Positions 39,472 to 49,056 of a stretch of 64,000 nucleotides of DNA are shown in pieces. The notes beneath the pieces are model-generated. The model was not told the DNA's origin and made no database searches. It saw only the letters and a list, made by a program, of their open reading frames with translations. The position numbers were made by a program, and so were the translations under genes. Numbering within the stretch: position 1 is the stretch's first letter; every line of letters begins with the position of its first letter. This DNA comes from an uncultured Spirochaetales bacterium (GTDB lineage Bacteria > Myxococcota_A > UBA9160 > SMWR01). The stretch covers positions 4,323-68,322 of the forward strand of contig CAYPSI010000070.1 in NCBI GenBank assembly GCA_964413375.1, written 5' to 3'.

Positions 39472-40907
39472 AAGCGCACGCCGGAGATCAGGTTCTCGAC
39501 CGCGATGCGCTCGTCGGTGCCGTGGGCGCGCTTGAGGCCGTCGATGCCGAAGGCGAAGGGCACGAAGCGGTAGAGGCGCGGCGTCGTCTCCACGTAGTGG
39601 CGCGCATCGGTCCCGCCGAGCACGAGCATCGGAACCGCGACGGAGTCGGGAAAGATCTCGCGCGCCGCGCGCGCGATCTCAGCGAAGGCCTCGGAGTCGA
39701 CCGGCGAGACAGGACTCGGCTCGCGCGGCTGGCTGCGGAGTCCGATCTGGAGCGTGATCCGCTCGTCGTCGACCACACGCCGCACGTGATCGACCACGGC
39801 CTCGATCGAATCGCTCGGATGGATGCGGAAATTCACGACCGCGCGCGCACGGATCGGTAGCACGTTCTCCTTGACTCCACCCTCGACGATCGTCGCTGCC
39901 GTCGTCGTGCGCAGCATCGCATCGGTCGTCGGCGCCTGGGAGAGCGCCCACTCGAGGAGCGGCCCGAAGAGCCAGCGGTTCGCGGAGACCGCGCGCAGCG
40001 GGAAGTCGAACTCGGGCCCGAGGTGATCGAAGAAGAGCGCCGTCGTCCCGTCGATGCGCGCCGGCAGCGGGCTTCGCTCGAGGGCCGCCACCGCGGCCGC
40101 GACCACACCGACGGCCGTGTTGCGCGACGGCGTGGAGGAGTGCCCGCCGTCGGCGACCGCGTCGAGCGCGATCGAGACGGAGCCCTTCTCGGCGATGCCG
40201 ATCGCCGCGATCCGGCGCGTGAAGCCGGGAACGGTTCCGGGCTCCACGACCAGGCCGCCCTCGTCGATCACGAAGGCGAGATTCACCCCGCGCGCGCCGA
40301 GAATCCCTGCGATCTCGGCTGCGCCGAGTTCGCCGCCCACCTCCTCGTCGTGCCCGAAGGCGAGGTAGACGGTGCGCTCGGGCACGAAGCGCTCGGAGAG
40401 CAGCCCCTCGATCGCCTCGAGCATGCAGAAGAGGCTCGCCTTGTCGTCCATCGAGCCCCGGCCCCAGACGAAGCCGTCGGCCACGACGCCTTCGAAGGGC
40501 GGATAGGTCCAGTCGTCGGAGCTCCCGGCGTCGACGGGTACCACGTCGATGTGCGCCGCGAGCAGCACCGGAGGGAGCGAGGGATCGCGGCCGCGCCAGG
40601 TGTAGAGGAGGCTCCAGTCGTTGACCCGCTCGCGCGCGAGGACGCGATGGACGCGCGGATAGCTCTCCTCGAGGAAGCGATGGAAGCCGCGAAAGGCCTC
40701 GGCGTCGAGCAGGGAGGCGTCCTGCGAGGAGACGGTCGCGAAACGCAGCCCTTCCGCGAGGCGTTTCGCCACCTGCTGGGCGTCGACGAAGACCGGGGGG
40801 AGGACCGCCACCTCGGGTTGGAGCGAGCTGAAGCGGGCCGTGCGCACGAGCACGAGCGCGGCGACCGCCGCGAGCGCGAGCCCGGCGAAGCGAAGCGCCC
40901 GTCTCAC
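39423..40907 (-). CDS. M20/M25/M40 family metallopeptidase, membrane-anchored or secreted
   Basis: 494 aa with an N-terminal hydrophobic segment. Contains LLAAHIDVVP, GRGSMDDK, FGHDEE and GGTDARH. Confidence 0.8.
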   Translation of the reverse strand: MRRALRFAGLALAAVAALVLVRTARFSSLQPEVAVLPPVFVDAQQVAKRLAEGLRFATVSSQDASLLDAEAFRGFHRFLEESYPRVHRVLARERVNDWSLLYTWRGRDPSLPPVLLAAHIDVVPVDAGSSDDWTYPPFEGVVADGFVWGRGSMDDKASLFCMLEAIEGLLSERFVPERTVYLAFGHDEEVGGELGAAEIAGILGARGVNLAFVIDEGGLVVEPGTVPGFTRRIAAIGIAEKGSVSIALDAVADGGHSSTPSRNTAVGVVAAAVAALERSPLPARIDGTTALFFDHLGPEFDFPLRAVSANRWLFGPLLEWALSQAPTTDAMLRTTTAATIVEGGVKENVLPIRARAVVNFRIHPSDSIEAVVDHVRRVVDDERITLQIGLRSQPREPSPVSPVDSEAFAEIARAAREIFPDSVAVPMLVLGGTDARHYVETTPRLYRFVPFAFGIDGLKRAHGTDERIAVENLISGVRFYRRLLERSAGPAAGP

Positions 40908-41251
40908 CGGTGCTGCGCTCCAAGGCTCGGCGCCGGGCGCCAGCGGCGCTTCGCGAGGTCGATGCGGCCGTTGGACCCGAAGCGGACGCCTTCGCGCTCG
41001 AGCAGCGCTCTTTGCACGCGGGCCGCCGCCGGCTCGCCGCGTGCGCTCACTTCGCCCCGCGCATTGACGACGCGCTGCCAGGGCACGCGGCTGTCATCGT
41101 CGAGTGCGTGCAGCGCCCAGCCCACCTCGCGCGCTCGTCCCGGAAGGCCGGCGAGCGCCGCGACGTCTCCGTAGGTCGCGACCCGGCCGCGAGGGATACG
41201 CCGCACCACCGCGTAGACCCGCTCCCACCCCTGCTCGCGCGGACCCGGCAT
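40904..41251 (-). CDS. alkyltransferase-like (ATL / YbaZ-type MGMT-family DNA-binding) protein
   Basis: ORF 40904..41545 trimmed to ATG 41251. Contains IPRGRVATYGDVAALAG and VPWQRVVN, with Trp where MGMT has the active-site Cys. Its stop overlaps the M20 start by 4 nt. Confidence 0.7.
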   Translation of the reverse strand: MPGPREQGWERVYAVVRRIPRGRVATYGDVAALAGLPGRAREVGWALHALDDDSRVPWQRVVNARGEVSARGEPAAARVQRALLEREGVRFGSNGRIDLAKRRWRPAPSLGAQHR

Positions 41252-41434
41252 GCGGGCCGCATTGTGGACCACCCCGAGCCCCGCCGTCACCCTCCTCGAC
41301 CCGGCGTGGGTGACTTGGACGCGGCGCGGCCGTATCCTTCCGCCGGCGCACCCGCGCGAAGGAGACATGTCCGCCCCGCCTTCGGGCTCGAGCCGCGGCT
41401 CGGGTGCCGGCTGGCGGGTGCCGAGGAGCGCGCC

Positions 41435-42112
41435 GTGGCGCACCAGATCATCCTGTACGGACCGCGGCGCACCCCCTACACCGAGAAGGTGCGCCGGGCA
41501 CTCGTGCTCAAGGGGCTCGACTTCGAGCTGCGCGAGCCGTCGCACCCCGAGGACTACAAGCTCTGGAGCCCCGAGACGGGGCTCCTTCCGGTACTCGCGA
41601 TCGACTCGGAGCGCGTCTCGGACTCGACCGGGATCCTGCTGCGCCTCGACGAGCTCTACCCGAAGCCCCCGCTCCTCGCGTCGGATCCGGTGATCGCCGC
41701 GCAGCAGCGCCAGCTCGAGGATTGGGCCGACGAATCCTTCCTCTTTTACTGGAATCGCTGGCTGGTGCTGGCGCAGCAGCGTCAGACGGCCGAGCCGAGC
41801 AAGCCGCGGCGCGGGCCGCTCGGCGTTCCCGGCGTGCGCCAGGCACTGGCCTGGCTGCGCGCGGGCGGCACCTGGGAGCGCCCGGAAACGGGGCTGATGC
41901 GCGGCATCGAGGACCGCCTCGGCGACCTCGTGAATCTGCTCGGATCGAGGCGTTTCTTCTACGCGGAGCAGCCGAGCATGGCCGACCTCGCCGTGTACGG
42001 CATGCTCTTCGTGCTGCGCATGGACGCGATGACCGGCTCCGCCCGGCTGCTCGCGAGCCGGCCGACGCTGATCGAGTTCATGCGCCGCGTCGAGGAAGCG
42101 ACCGGCGGCTAG
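41435..42112 (+). CDS. glutathione S-transferase-like protein
   Basis: In-frame tail of ORF 40910..42112. GTG 41435 follows GAGGAG. It has a thioredoxin-like N-terminus (ILYGPRRTPYTEKVRRAL..LPVL..SDS) and a helical C-terminal domain. Confidence 0.7.
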   Translation: MAHQIILYGPRRTPYTEKVRRALVLKGLDFELREPSHPEDYKLWSPETGLLPVLAIDSERVSDSTGILLRLDELYPKPPLLASDPVIAAQQRQLEDWADESFLFYWNRWLVLAQQRQTAEPSKPRRGPLGVPGVRQALAWLRAGGTWERPETGLMRGIEDRLGDLVNLLGSRRFFYAEQPSMADLAVYGMLFVLRMDAMTGSARLLASRPTLIEFMRRVEEATGG

Positions 42113-42456
42113 GGCTCCTTACCCTCGACGAGCGCGTCGGCCTTGGCGGCGAGCACGAAATCGCTCTCGCTGAGCCCGCGGATCTTGTGCGTCCAGATCT
42201 CGAGACGCACGCGGCCCCACGCGAGGTGGATGTCCGGGTGGTGGAACTCCTGCTCGGCCACCTCGCCTAGCTGGTTCACGAACGCGAGTGCCGAGCGGAA
42301 GTCCGGAAAGCGGAACTCCTTCTCGAGGTGGTGCTCGTCCACGACGCGCCACCCTCCCCCGAGCTCCGCGAGGATCTTCTCGAGCGCCCCGCCTCGCAGA
42401 GGAGGTGTGTCGCCCCGACACTGCACGCAGCGGCGTGCGGCGAGCCCGCTGGCCAT
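42109..42456 (-). CDS. phhB: 4a-hydroxytetrahydrobiopterin (pterin-4a-carbinolamine) dehydratase
   Basis: Contains EFHHPDIHLAWGRVRLEIWTH and LSESDFVLAAK. Confidence 0.85.
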   Translation of the reverse strand: MASGLAARRCVQCRGDTPPLRGGALEKILAELGGGWRVVDEHHLEKEFRFPDFRSALAFVNQLGEVAEQEFHHPDIHLAWGRVRLEIWTHKIRGLSESDFVLAAKADALVEGKEP

Positions 42457-42503
42457 CTCTGTCCTCCCGCGCCCGGAGCATAACCGGCTATGCTCCGCGC
42501 GTC

Positions 42504-43154
42504 GTGACGCGTGCGGAAAAAGCCCGGCGGATCCGGGCGATCCTCGATGAGCTCTACCCCGAGACCGCGATCCCGCTCGAGCACGAAGATCCCTTCACGC
42601 TGCTCGTCGCCGTCGTGCTCTCGGCGCAGTGCACCGACGCGAAGGTGAACCAGGTGACGCCGGGCCTGTTTGCGCGGGCCCGCACGCCCCAGACGATGGC
42701 GCGGACGCCCGTGCCGGAGCTCCAGCGGCTGATCGCCTCGCTCGGTCTGGCGCCCACCAAGGCCCGCAACCTGGCCGGGCTCTCGCAGCGGATCGTCGAC
42801 GAACACGCCGGAAAGGTTCCGGACAGCTTCGAGGCCCTCGAGGCGCTGCCCGGCGTCGGCCACAAGACCGCGAGCGTCGTGATGGCGCAGGCCTTCGGCC
42901 GGCACGCTTTTCCGGTCGATACCCACATCCACCGGCTCGCGACGCGCTGGGGCCTCTCCTCGGGTCGAAACGTCGAGCAGACCGAGCGCGACCTGAAGAA
43001 GCTCTTCCCGCCCGAGTCGTGGCGGGACCTGCATCTGCAGCTGATCCGCTTCGGCCGCGAGCACTGCCCCGCGCGCGGCCACGATCTCGCGTCCTGTCGG
43101 ATCTGCTGCTGGGCCGCCTCGCGCGCGCGCAGCTACCGGTCCTCTTCGAGATAA
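42504..43154 (+). CDS. nth: endonuclease III
   Basis: In-frame tail of ORF 42288..43154, starting at GTG 42504. Contains LLVAVVLSAQCTD, the HhH-GPD motif LPGVGHKTASVV, and a C-terminal Cys cluster. Confidence 0.9.
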   Translation: MTRAEKARRIRAILDELYPETAIPLEHEDPFTLLVAVVLSAQCTDAKVNQVTPGLFARARTPQTMARTPVPELQRLIASLGLAPTKARNLAGLSQRIVDEHAGKVPDSFEALEALPGVGHKTASVVMAQAFGRHAFPVDTHIHRLATRWGLSSGRNVEQTERDLKKLFPPESWRDLHLQLIRFGREHCPARGHDLASCRICCWAASRARSYRSSSR

Positions 43155-44473
43155 CCGAGCGCGCGCAGGCGATCCTTCTCCTCCTCCGAGAGGTCGCGCT
43201 GCGGCGACTCGTCCGCGGCGAGCTCCTGCGAGAGCTCGTTCAGGCGCACGCGGTGCGCCTGGACCTGCTGCGCGTTTCCGGCCGCGAGATCGTTCTGCTC
43301 GTGCGGGTCGACCTCGAGGTCGTACAGGAAGGCCTGGCCGTCGCTGCGTCGCACCGTGGTCTTGAAGCGGCCCTCGCGATAGGTGCGGTAGACGAGCTCG
43401 CCCACGAAGAGCTCCTCCGGACGCGTATCGACGCTCGCCGGCCCCCTTCGCGCCGCGATCTCGAGCAGGAGACGGTAGAAATCCTGCGTGCGCACGAGGC
43501 GCTTCGTGTCGCTGAAGACCGGCGGCGCGACGATCAAAGGGATGCGCAGCATCTCCTGCCACGATGGGTTCCCATAATGGCCGTAGTTGTTCGGGAGCTC
43601 GCCCGGAAACTCGTGCGTCTCGCCGAGGCGCTCGCCGTGGTCCGAGGTCAGCACCACCACCGCCCCCTCGAGGAGCCCCTGCGCCTCGATCGCCCCGAGG
43701 AGCCTCCCGAAAGCGACGTCCATCTCCTGCACGGCCTCCGCGTAGCTGCGCTGCTGGAAGCGGTAGTCGTGCACGTCGATGTAGTGCACGTACAGGAAGA
43801 AATGGTCCGAGGCGCGGCGCTCGAGCGCGGCATTCACCGCGCGGTTGACGGCCCGCCAGGTTCGGGACTTCCGCGCATTCTCGACCCCTTCGCGCGAGGC
43901 CGGGCCCGTCAGCGGCTTGCGCTCGTCGACCTCCGTCCAGTCGTCGAAGCCGCGCCCGAAGCCCGAGGGCTCGTACAGGAACTGGTTCGAGGCCACCCCG
44001 ATCGTCCAATAACCGGCCTCTCGCAGGCCCTCGGCCAGCGTGGGAAGGGAGCGCGGAACGCAGCTGTCGTCGTCGCCGGCGCGGAAGCGCGACATGCCAC
44101 ACCAGGTGCTTCCGTTCCAGGGAAGGGTCTTGCCGAAACTGCCGGTCTCGATGCTCGGCGTCCGCCCGGTGAACATCGCCGCCATCGACATCGAGGTCTG
44201 GTGGAAGGAGGCGACCGCGTTCTCGAAGACCTGGCCGCGCGCCGCGAGCGCCTGCATGTTCGGGGTCTCGACCTTCGAGTCGTAGGCCGAGACGTGGTCG
44301 CGGCGCAGTGTGTCGATCACGACGAAGATGATGCGCTTCGGGGCCTGCCCCGCGCGCGTCGCGAGCCACGTCGCCGCACCCGCCGCCGCAAGCAGCACCC
44401 CCGCCGCCGCGATCGCCCCCCAGCGCGCCCGCCCCTTCACCGCCACCAGACCCCTCTGCAAGCGCCCGCCCAA
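43133..44473 (-). CDS. sulfatase-like hydrolase/transferase (alkaline phosphatase superfamily), signal-anchored
   Basis: 446 aa with an N-terminal TM segment. Contains IIFVVIDTLRRDH, TSMSMAAMFTGR (no CxPxR formylglycine motif), LTSDHGE, and a C-terminal LRALGYLE. Confidence 0.8.
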   Translation of the reverse strand: MGGRLQRGLVAVKGRARWGAIAAAGVLLAAAGAATWLATRAGQAPKRIIFVVIDTLRRDHVSAYDSKVETPNMQALAARGQVFENAVASFHQTSMSMAAMFTGRTPSIETGSFGKTLPWNGSTWCGMSRFRAGDDDSCVPRSLPTLAEGLREAGYWTIGVASNQFLYEPSGFGRGFDDWTEVDERKPLTGPASREGVENARKSRTWRAVNRAVNAALERRASDHFFLYVHYIDVHDYRFQQRSYAEAVQEMDVAFGRLLGAIEAQGLLEGAVVVLTSDHGERLGETHEFPGELPNNYGHYGNPSWQEMLRIPLIVAPPVFSDTKRLVRTQDFYRLLLEIAARRGPASVDTRPEELFVGELVYRTYREGRFKTTVRRSDGQAFLYDLEVDPHEQNDLAAGNAQQVQAHRVRLNELSQELAADESPQRDLSEEEKDRLRALGYLEEDR

Positions 44474-44512
44474 CGCAGGAGTCGTGCGCAGTGTAGCCAG
44501 CGATCCATCGAC

Positions 44513-47050
44513 TCAGGATCCGATGCGGAGAATCTGCACGACGGGGCCTACCGGATCGAGCTCCCCGCGCAGATCGACCCGACCATGGATTGCCCAGAGC
44601 AGGTCCCCCTCCGGGTCGACGAGCACCTGCGTCACGTCGAAGACGCGCGGCAGCGCCGACCGCAGCCGGGTGTGACGGGCCTGGCGCGCCTCGGGCGTGA
44701 AGAGCAGCTCGCCGTACTCCTCCAGAAAGGGCGCAAGGGCCGCGCGGAAGCGCTCGGCGTCCCACGGGTCGTCGACGGCCTGCGCAACGAGCCGCGGCGC
44801 CTCCTCGAGCTCGCCACGCGCGAGCGCGCGCACGAGCGTGTGAAGCTCCGCGCGCACCCGCGCCGCGAGCGCGCGCGGCTGGAGCGCGAGGTCGAAGGGC
44901 GGCTTTGCTCCGGGCCCGGCAGTCGCCCCGGACGCGGGTGCCAGGAGCTCCTCCCAGGCCGAGACGAGGCTCGAGTCGATCTCGTTCACGAGCGTGCGCA
45001 GGTACGCGATCACGTCATGGAGCTCGTCGGTCTTCGCTTCCTCGGGAACCGTCTGCACGAGCGTGTGGTGTACCTGGCTCAGATAGCGCAGCAGCACACC
45101 CTCGCTGCGCGCGAGCGAGTACTCGCGCACGTAGTCGACGAAGCCCAGATAGCGCTCGAAGATCTCACGGGCGATCGACTTCGGCCGCAGATCCTCTGTG
45201 CCGACCCAGGGGTGCGCCTCGGCGAAGACCCGGAAGGTCGCGGCGAGGAACTCCGCCTCCGGCTTCGGGTGCACCACGACCTCGAGCTCGCGCATGCGGT
45301 CCTCGTAGGGAACACCCTCGGCCTTGAGGCGCGCCACGAGCTCGCCACGCAGCTTGCGCACCTGTTCGGCAAGGATCTGGCGCGGACTCTCGAGCACCGC
45401 CTCGACGATCGAGAGCACCTCGAGCGGATAGCTCGGCGCCTCCGGGTCCAGCGCCGCGACGGCCTCGACCACGTAGAGCGAGAGCGTCTGGTGCAACCCG
45501 AAGTCGAGCTGGAGCTCCTCGCGCACCAGCGCGCCGAGGCGCCCGCTGCGCGGGTCGCGCGCGAGCTCGACGATCCCGGAACGGCGCAACGAGCGGAAGA
45601 GCGCCGCCGCGCGCCGGCGCAGCCGACGCCTGGACACCTCGCTCTCGTGGGAGCGCGCCACCAGCGCGAGCAGGTCCCGGTAGCCCTGCCCGCGCCCGGC
45701 CTCGGGCTCGCGGCGCTGGAGCACGTTCACGAGCATCCCGTGCCCCACCGCGAAGCGCGACTCCAGCGTCTCGGGCGGGCGCTCGACCAGGCGCTCGAAG
45801 GTGTCGCGGCCCCAGGCAACCATCCCCTTCGGCGGCGGGCGCGGCGCTGCCTTGCGCTTGCCGCCGGCCTCGCGCGCCTGTGCCTTGCGCTTCTCGATCA
45901 CGTGCGGGGGCGCCTGTGCCACCACGAAGCCGCGCTCGTCGAAGCCACGCCGCCCGGCGCGTCCCGCAATCTGCTTGAACTCGCGCACCGGGAGGATCGC
46001 GACCTTCTCGCCGTCGAACTTGCAGAGCTTCTCGAAGAGCACGCTCCGGATCGGGATGTTGACGCCCACGCCGAGCGTGTCGGTCCCGCAGATCACGCGC
46101 AGGAGCCCGCGTTGCGCCAGGCGCTCCACCAGCAGTCGGTAGCGCGGGAGCATGCCGGCGTGGTGCACGCCGATCCCGAAGCGAAGCCAGCGCGAGAGGT
46201 CCTTCCCGAAGGGCGTATCGAAGCGGAAGGAGCCGATGGCCTCAACGATCCGCTCGCGTTCCTCACGCATCGCGACGCGCGCACTGGTCAGCGCCTGCGC
46301 CTGTTCCGCGCACTCCCGGTGCGTGAAGTTCACGACGTAGACGGGCGCCCGCGCGCGCGCGACGAGATCCTCGAGGGTCTCGTGGATCGGCGTCTCACGG
46401 TAGTCGTACTCGAGCGGCACTGGCCGCAAGTCGGAGTAGATCTCGTCGACCGCGATCCCACTGCGCGCTTCGATTCGCTCCGCGATCGGCGCGGTATTGC
46501 CGAGGGTCGCGGACATCAGCAGGAAGCGGGTGCGGGGCAGGGCCAGCAGCGGTACCTGCCAGGCCACCCCCCGGTCGCGGTCGGCGTAGTAGTGGAACTC
46601 GTCCATGCAGACGTAGGGCGCGTCGAGTGCGGCGCCCTGGCGCAGGGCCATGTTCGAGAGCACCTCGGCGGTGCAGCAGACGATCGGCGCCGCGGGATTG
46701 ATGCTCGCGTCGCCGGTCAGCATCGCGACGCTCTCCGGGCCGAAGTCCTCGCAGGCGGAGAAGAACTTCTCGGACACGAGCGCCTTGGTCGGCGCGGTAT
46801 AGAAGGAGCGCAGGCCCTCGCAGAGCGCCTTGAAGTGCAGCGCCGTCGCCACCAGCGATTTCCCGGAGCCGGTCGGCGTCGCGAGAATCACGTGGCGCCC
46901 CTCCGCGAGCGCGAGGATCGCCTCCTCCTGCTCCGGGTAGGGCACGATTCCCCGCTCGGACACCCAGTCGAGGAAGCGACCGAGGATCTCGCCGGGCTCG
47001 CGCGTCCCGCCTTCCGGCACCCGCGAAAGGAGCGATGCGGGAGCCGTCAC
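44513..47050 (-). CDS. SF2 DEAD/DEAH-box helicase with a DUF3516-type C-terminal domain (SftH/Ski2-like)
   Basis: ORF 44513..49036 trimmed to GTG 47050, which overlaps the upstream stop (GTGA). Contains ATPTGSGKS, MDEFHYY, MSATLGN and HHAGMLP, plus a long helical C-terminus. Confidence 0.85.
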   Translation of the reverse strand: MTAPASLLSRVPEGGTREPGEILGRFLDWVSERGIVPYPEQEEAILALAEGRHVILATPTGSGKSLVATALHFKALCEGLRSFYTAPTKALVSEKFFSACEDFGPESVAMLTGDASINPAAPIVCCTAEVLSNMALRQGAALDAPYVCMDEFHYYADRDRGVAWQVPLLALPRTRFLLMSATLGNTAPIAERIEARSGIAVDEIYSDLRPVPLEYDYRETPIHETLEDLVARARAPVYVVNFTHRECAEQAQALTSARVAMREERERIVEAIGSFRFDTPFGKDLSRWLRFGIGVHHAGMLPRYRLLVERLAQRGLLRVICGTDTLGVGVNIPIRSVLFEKLCKFDGEKVAILPVREFKQIAGRAGRRGFDERGFVVAQAPPHVIEKRKAQAREAGGKRKAAPRPPPKGMVAWGRDTFERLVERPPETLESRFAVGHGMLVNVLQRREPEAGRGQGYRDLLALVARSHESEVSRRRLRRRAAALFRSLRRSGIVELARDPRSGRLGALVREELQLDFGLHQTLSLYVVEAVAALDPEAPSYPLEVLSIVEAVLESPRQILAEQVRKLRGELVARLKAEGVPYEDRMRELEVVVHPKPEAEFLAATFRVFAEAHPWVGTEDLRPKSIAREIFERYLGFVDYVREYSLARSEGVLLRYLSQVHHTLVQTVPEEAKTDELHDVIAYLRTLVNEIDSSLVSAWEELLAPASGATAGPGAKPPFDLALQPRALAARVRAELHTLVRALARGELEEAPRLVAQAVDDPWDAERFRAALAPFLEEYGELLFTPEARQARHTRLRSALPRVFDVTQVLVDPEGDLLWAIHGRVDLRGELDPVGPVVQILRIGS

Positions 47051-49020
47051 TCGACGTAGCCGAGTTCGCGCAGGGCCTCGAGGTCCTGCGCGCTCCGCGA
47101 AAGCGCCGGGCCCATCTCGGCGCGCTTGCCGGCCTGCGCGGCGAGCTCGCGCGCGAGCCGCGGGTCCTTCGCCGAGCGATCGGAGCGCTCCTCCGGATCG
47201 CGTTCGAGATCGTAGAGAGCGCGCCCGCCTGGAGACGCGACGAGCTTCCAGCGCCCTCGGCGCACGCCGACCGGTGCCTCGGGCATGTCGCCATAGAGCA
47301 GATTGCGCGACACGTAGCTGGGCTCGCTCTCGGGTAGCGCGGCGAAGAGATCGCGGCCCGGAAGCCCGTCGCGCGGGAGCCCGACGGCGGCGAGCAGCGT
47401 CGGCGCGAGGTCGACGAGACCAGCGACAGCGGTGTGCGTCGAAGGGCCTGCGCCCGAGATCACGAGCGGCACCGCGAGGAGCTCCTGATAGAGGGTGTGA
47501 CCGTGCTCGAGCGCCCCGTGCTCGAGGAACTCCTCGCCGTGATCGGAGGTGAGGACGACGATCCGGCCGCGCGGGCCGGCCGGGGGGAGCGCGTCGAGGA
47601 GCCCGAGCAGCGCGCGGTCCACCACGGCAACCTCGAAGCGGTAGGCGGCCCAGAGCGCATCGCGCCCGGCCGCGGTCGTCCAGAGCCGGTCCGCGCGCAG
47701 CTGTGCGATCGTGAGCCGGGCGAGCCGCTCGCGCAGCTGCCGCGGCGCTGCGGAACCCTGCACGTGCCGATAGGGCCGGTGCGGATCGATCAGATGCAGC
47801 CACAGCAGCAGCGGTCTCTCGCGCCGTTGCGCCGCGACGGCGAGCGCGCGCTCGACGACACCCTCGGCACCGTCGGCAAGCGGGAGCTCGAGGCGCGCCG
47901 CCAGCGGCGCGGCGAGGCTCGACGGGAACGCCGAGACGAGCGCGTGCACGGCCACCGGCCGAAGGGCCTGGGTCGCGGCATTGCGCGGGAGCGCCGTCCG
48001 GGCCACGAGGTCGCCGCCGTAGTCGAAGAGCGCGAAGCCGCGGTCGAAGCCGAAGCTGCGCCCCACGTTCGCGTTGCGCGCGACGATCGCCGCCGTGTCG
48101 TAGCCCGCTTGCGCGAGGCGCTCGGCGAGCGTCGGAGCCGCGGCCGAGATGCCCGAACGCTCGCCGGAGGCGAGGCGCCCGGCGCCGTGTGCATCCACCG
48201 CAAGCCCGGTATGGAGCGTTGCGAGCGAGGGCAGCGTCCAGGGCGCCGACGCCTGCACGTCGACGAAGGCTGCGCCCTCCGCCGCGAGGCGAGCATACAG
48301 CTCCATCTCGCGCGCAACGTCTGCTCGCAGCGTGTCGACCGAGAGCAGCACGATGTCGGGCGCGTCGGGTACCGGCCCCGCAGCCGTCCACGCGACCGGG
48401 GCGCCCGAGAAGCGCAGCGGACCCGCGAGCGCGAAGGCCGCCGCGAGGGCAGCGGCAACGAAGGGCCCGAGCGAGCCGGTACCCGCCGTCGCGCGCGCGC
48501 GACCGATCCCAGCGAGCAGCGCGAGCAGGCCCCAGCCGCAGCCCACCGCGAGGAGCGCCCGGGGCGAGGGAAGCTCGCCGGGCCCCAGGCCCCAGCTGGC
48601 GAGCGCGCTCGCGGCGAGGGGTACAAGCACCGCGAAGGCTGGAAGCCTCCCGGGCCGTGCGGCGCGCGCCGACGCAGCGCCGAGTCCCAGCGAAGCGAGC
48701 GCCAGCGCCCCCGCGACCGAGTTGCGCATGCCTCCGGGCGGGAGCGCGTAGAAGGGAATCCCTCCCGCGACGAGCGCCACCGGCAGAGCTGCCGCCGCGC
48801 CGAGCGCGCGCACGCGGACAAGCGCCGCGAGCGGGAGGATCGCGGCCACAGCCGCGCCTGCCGCCGCGAGCCCGACCGCGACGGCTGCCGCGAGCCCCAG
48901 GTCGCGCGCCGCGAGCGGAAAGCCGGTAGCGCGTGCAAGCACGACCTCGGCGCCGAAGACCAGCGCCGCGCTGCCGAGCAGGCCACCCACCGCGCCGCTG
49001 GCCCTTCTCACAGGCGACAC
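47047..49020 (-). CDS. membrane-anchored sulfatase-like hydrolase/transferase (multi-TM N-terminus plus an AlkP-superfamily domain)
   Basis: ORF 47047..50187 trimmed to GTG 49020. About 8 hydrophobic segments, then IVLLSVDTLRAD, PWTLPSLATLHTG, LTSDHGEEF and a C-terminal LRELGYVE. Confidence 0.7.
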   Translation of the reverse strand: MSPVRRASGAVGGLLGSAALVFGAEVVLARATGFPLAARDLGLAAAVAVGLAAAGAAVAAILPLAALVRVRALGAAAALPVALVAGGIPFYALPPGGMRNSVAGALALASLGLGAASARAARPGRLPAFAVLVPLAASALASWGLGPGELPSPRALLAVGCGWGLLALLAGIGRARATAGTGSLGPFVAAALAAAFALAGPLRFSGAPVAWTAAGPVPDAPDIVLLSVDTLRADVAREMELYARLAAEGAAFVDVQASAPWTLPSLATLHTGLAVDAHGAGRLASGERSGISAAAPTLAERLAQAGYDTAAIVARNANVGRSFGFDRGFALFDYGGDLVARTALPRNAATQALRPVAVHALVSAFPSSLAAPLAARLELPLADGAEGVVERALAVAAQRRERPLLLWLHLIDPHRPYRHVQGSAAPRQLRERLARLTIAQLRADRLWTTAAGRDALWAAYRFEVAVVDRALLGLLDALPPAGPRGRIVVLTSDHGEEFLEHGALEHGHTLYQELLAVPLVISGAGPSTHTAVAGLVDLAPTLLAAVGLPRDGLPGRDLFAALPESEPSYVSRNLLYGDMPEAPVGVRRGRWKLVASPGGRALYDLERDPEERSDRSAKDPRLARELAAQAGKRAEMGPALSRSAQDLEALRELGYVE

Positions 49021-49056
49021 GATAGCCTGCGCGCAACGGGATCTGGGAGCCTCTCG

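Noticed and set aside
42629-47059. Very long ORFs in the track: 42629..47059 (+, 1476 aa), 9244..13011 (+, 1255 aa), 5050..8706 (+, 1218 aa), and the full 1507-aa (44513..49036) and 1046-aa (47047..50187) minus-strand ORFs.
   Set aside because: - Their translations are Arg/Ala/Pro/Gly-rich low-complexity strings with no family motifs.
- They lie antisense or out of frame to genes with strong family signatures (helicase, nrdJ, ETF-QO).
- Stop codons are simply rare in such GC-rich DNA.
- Only the in-frame downstream parts with recognisable domains were kept.
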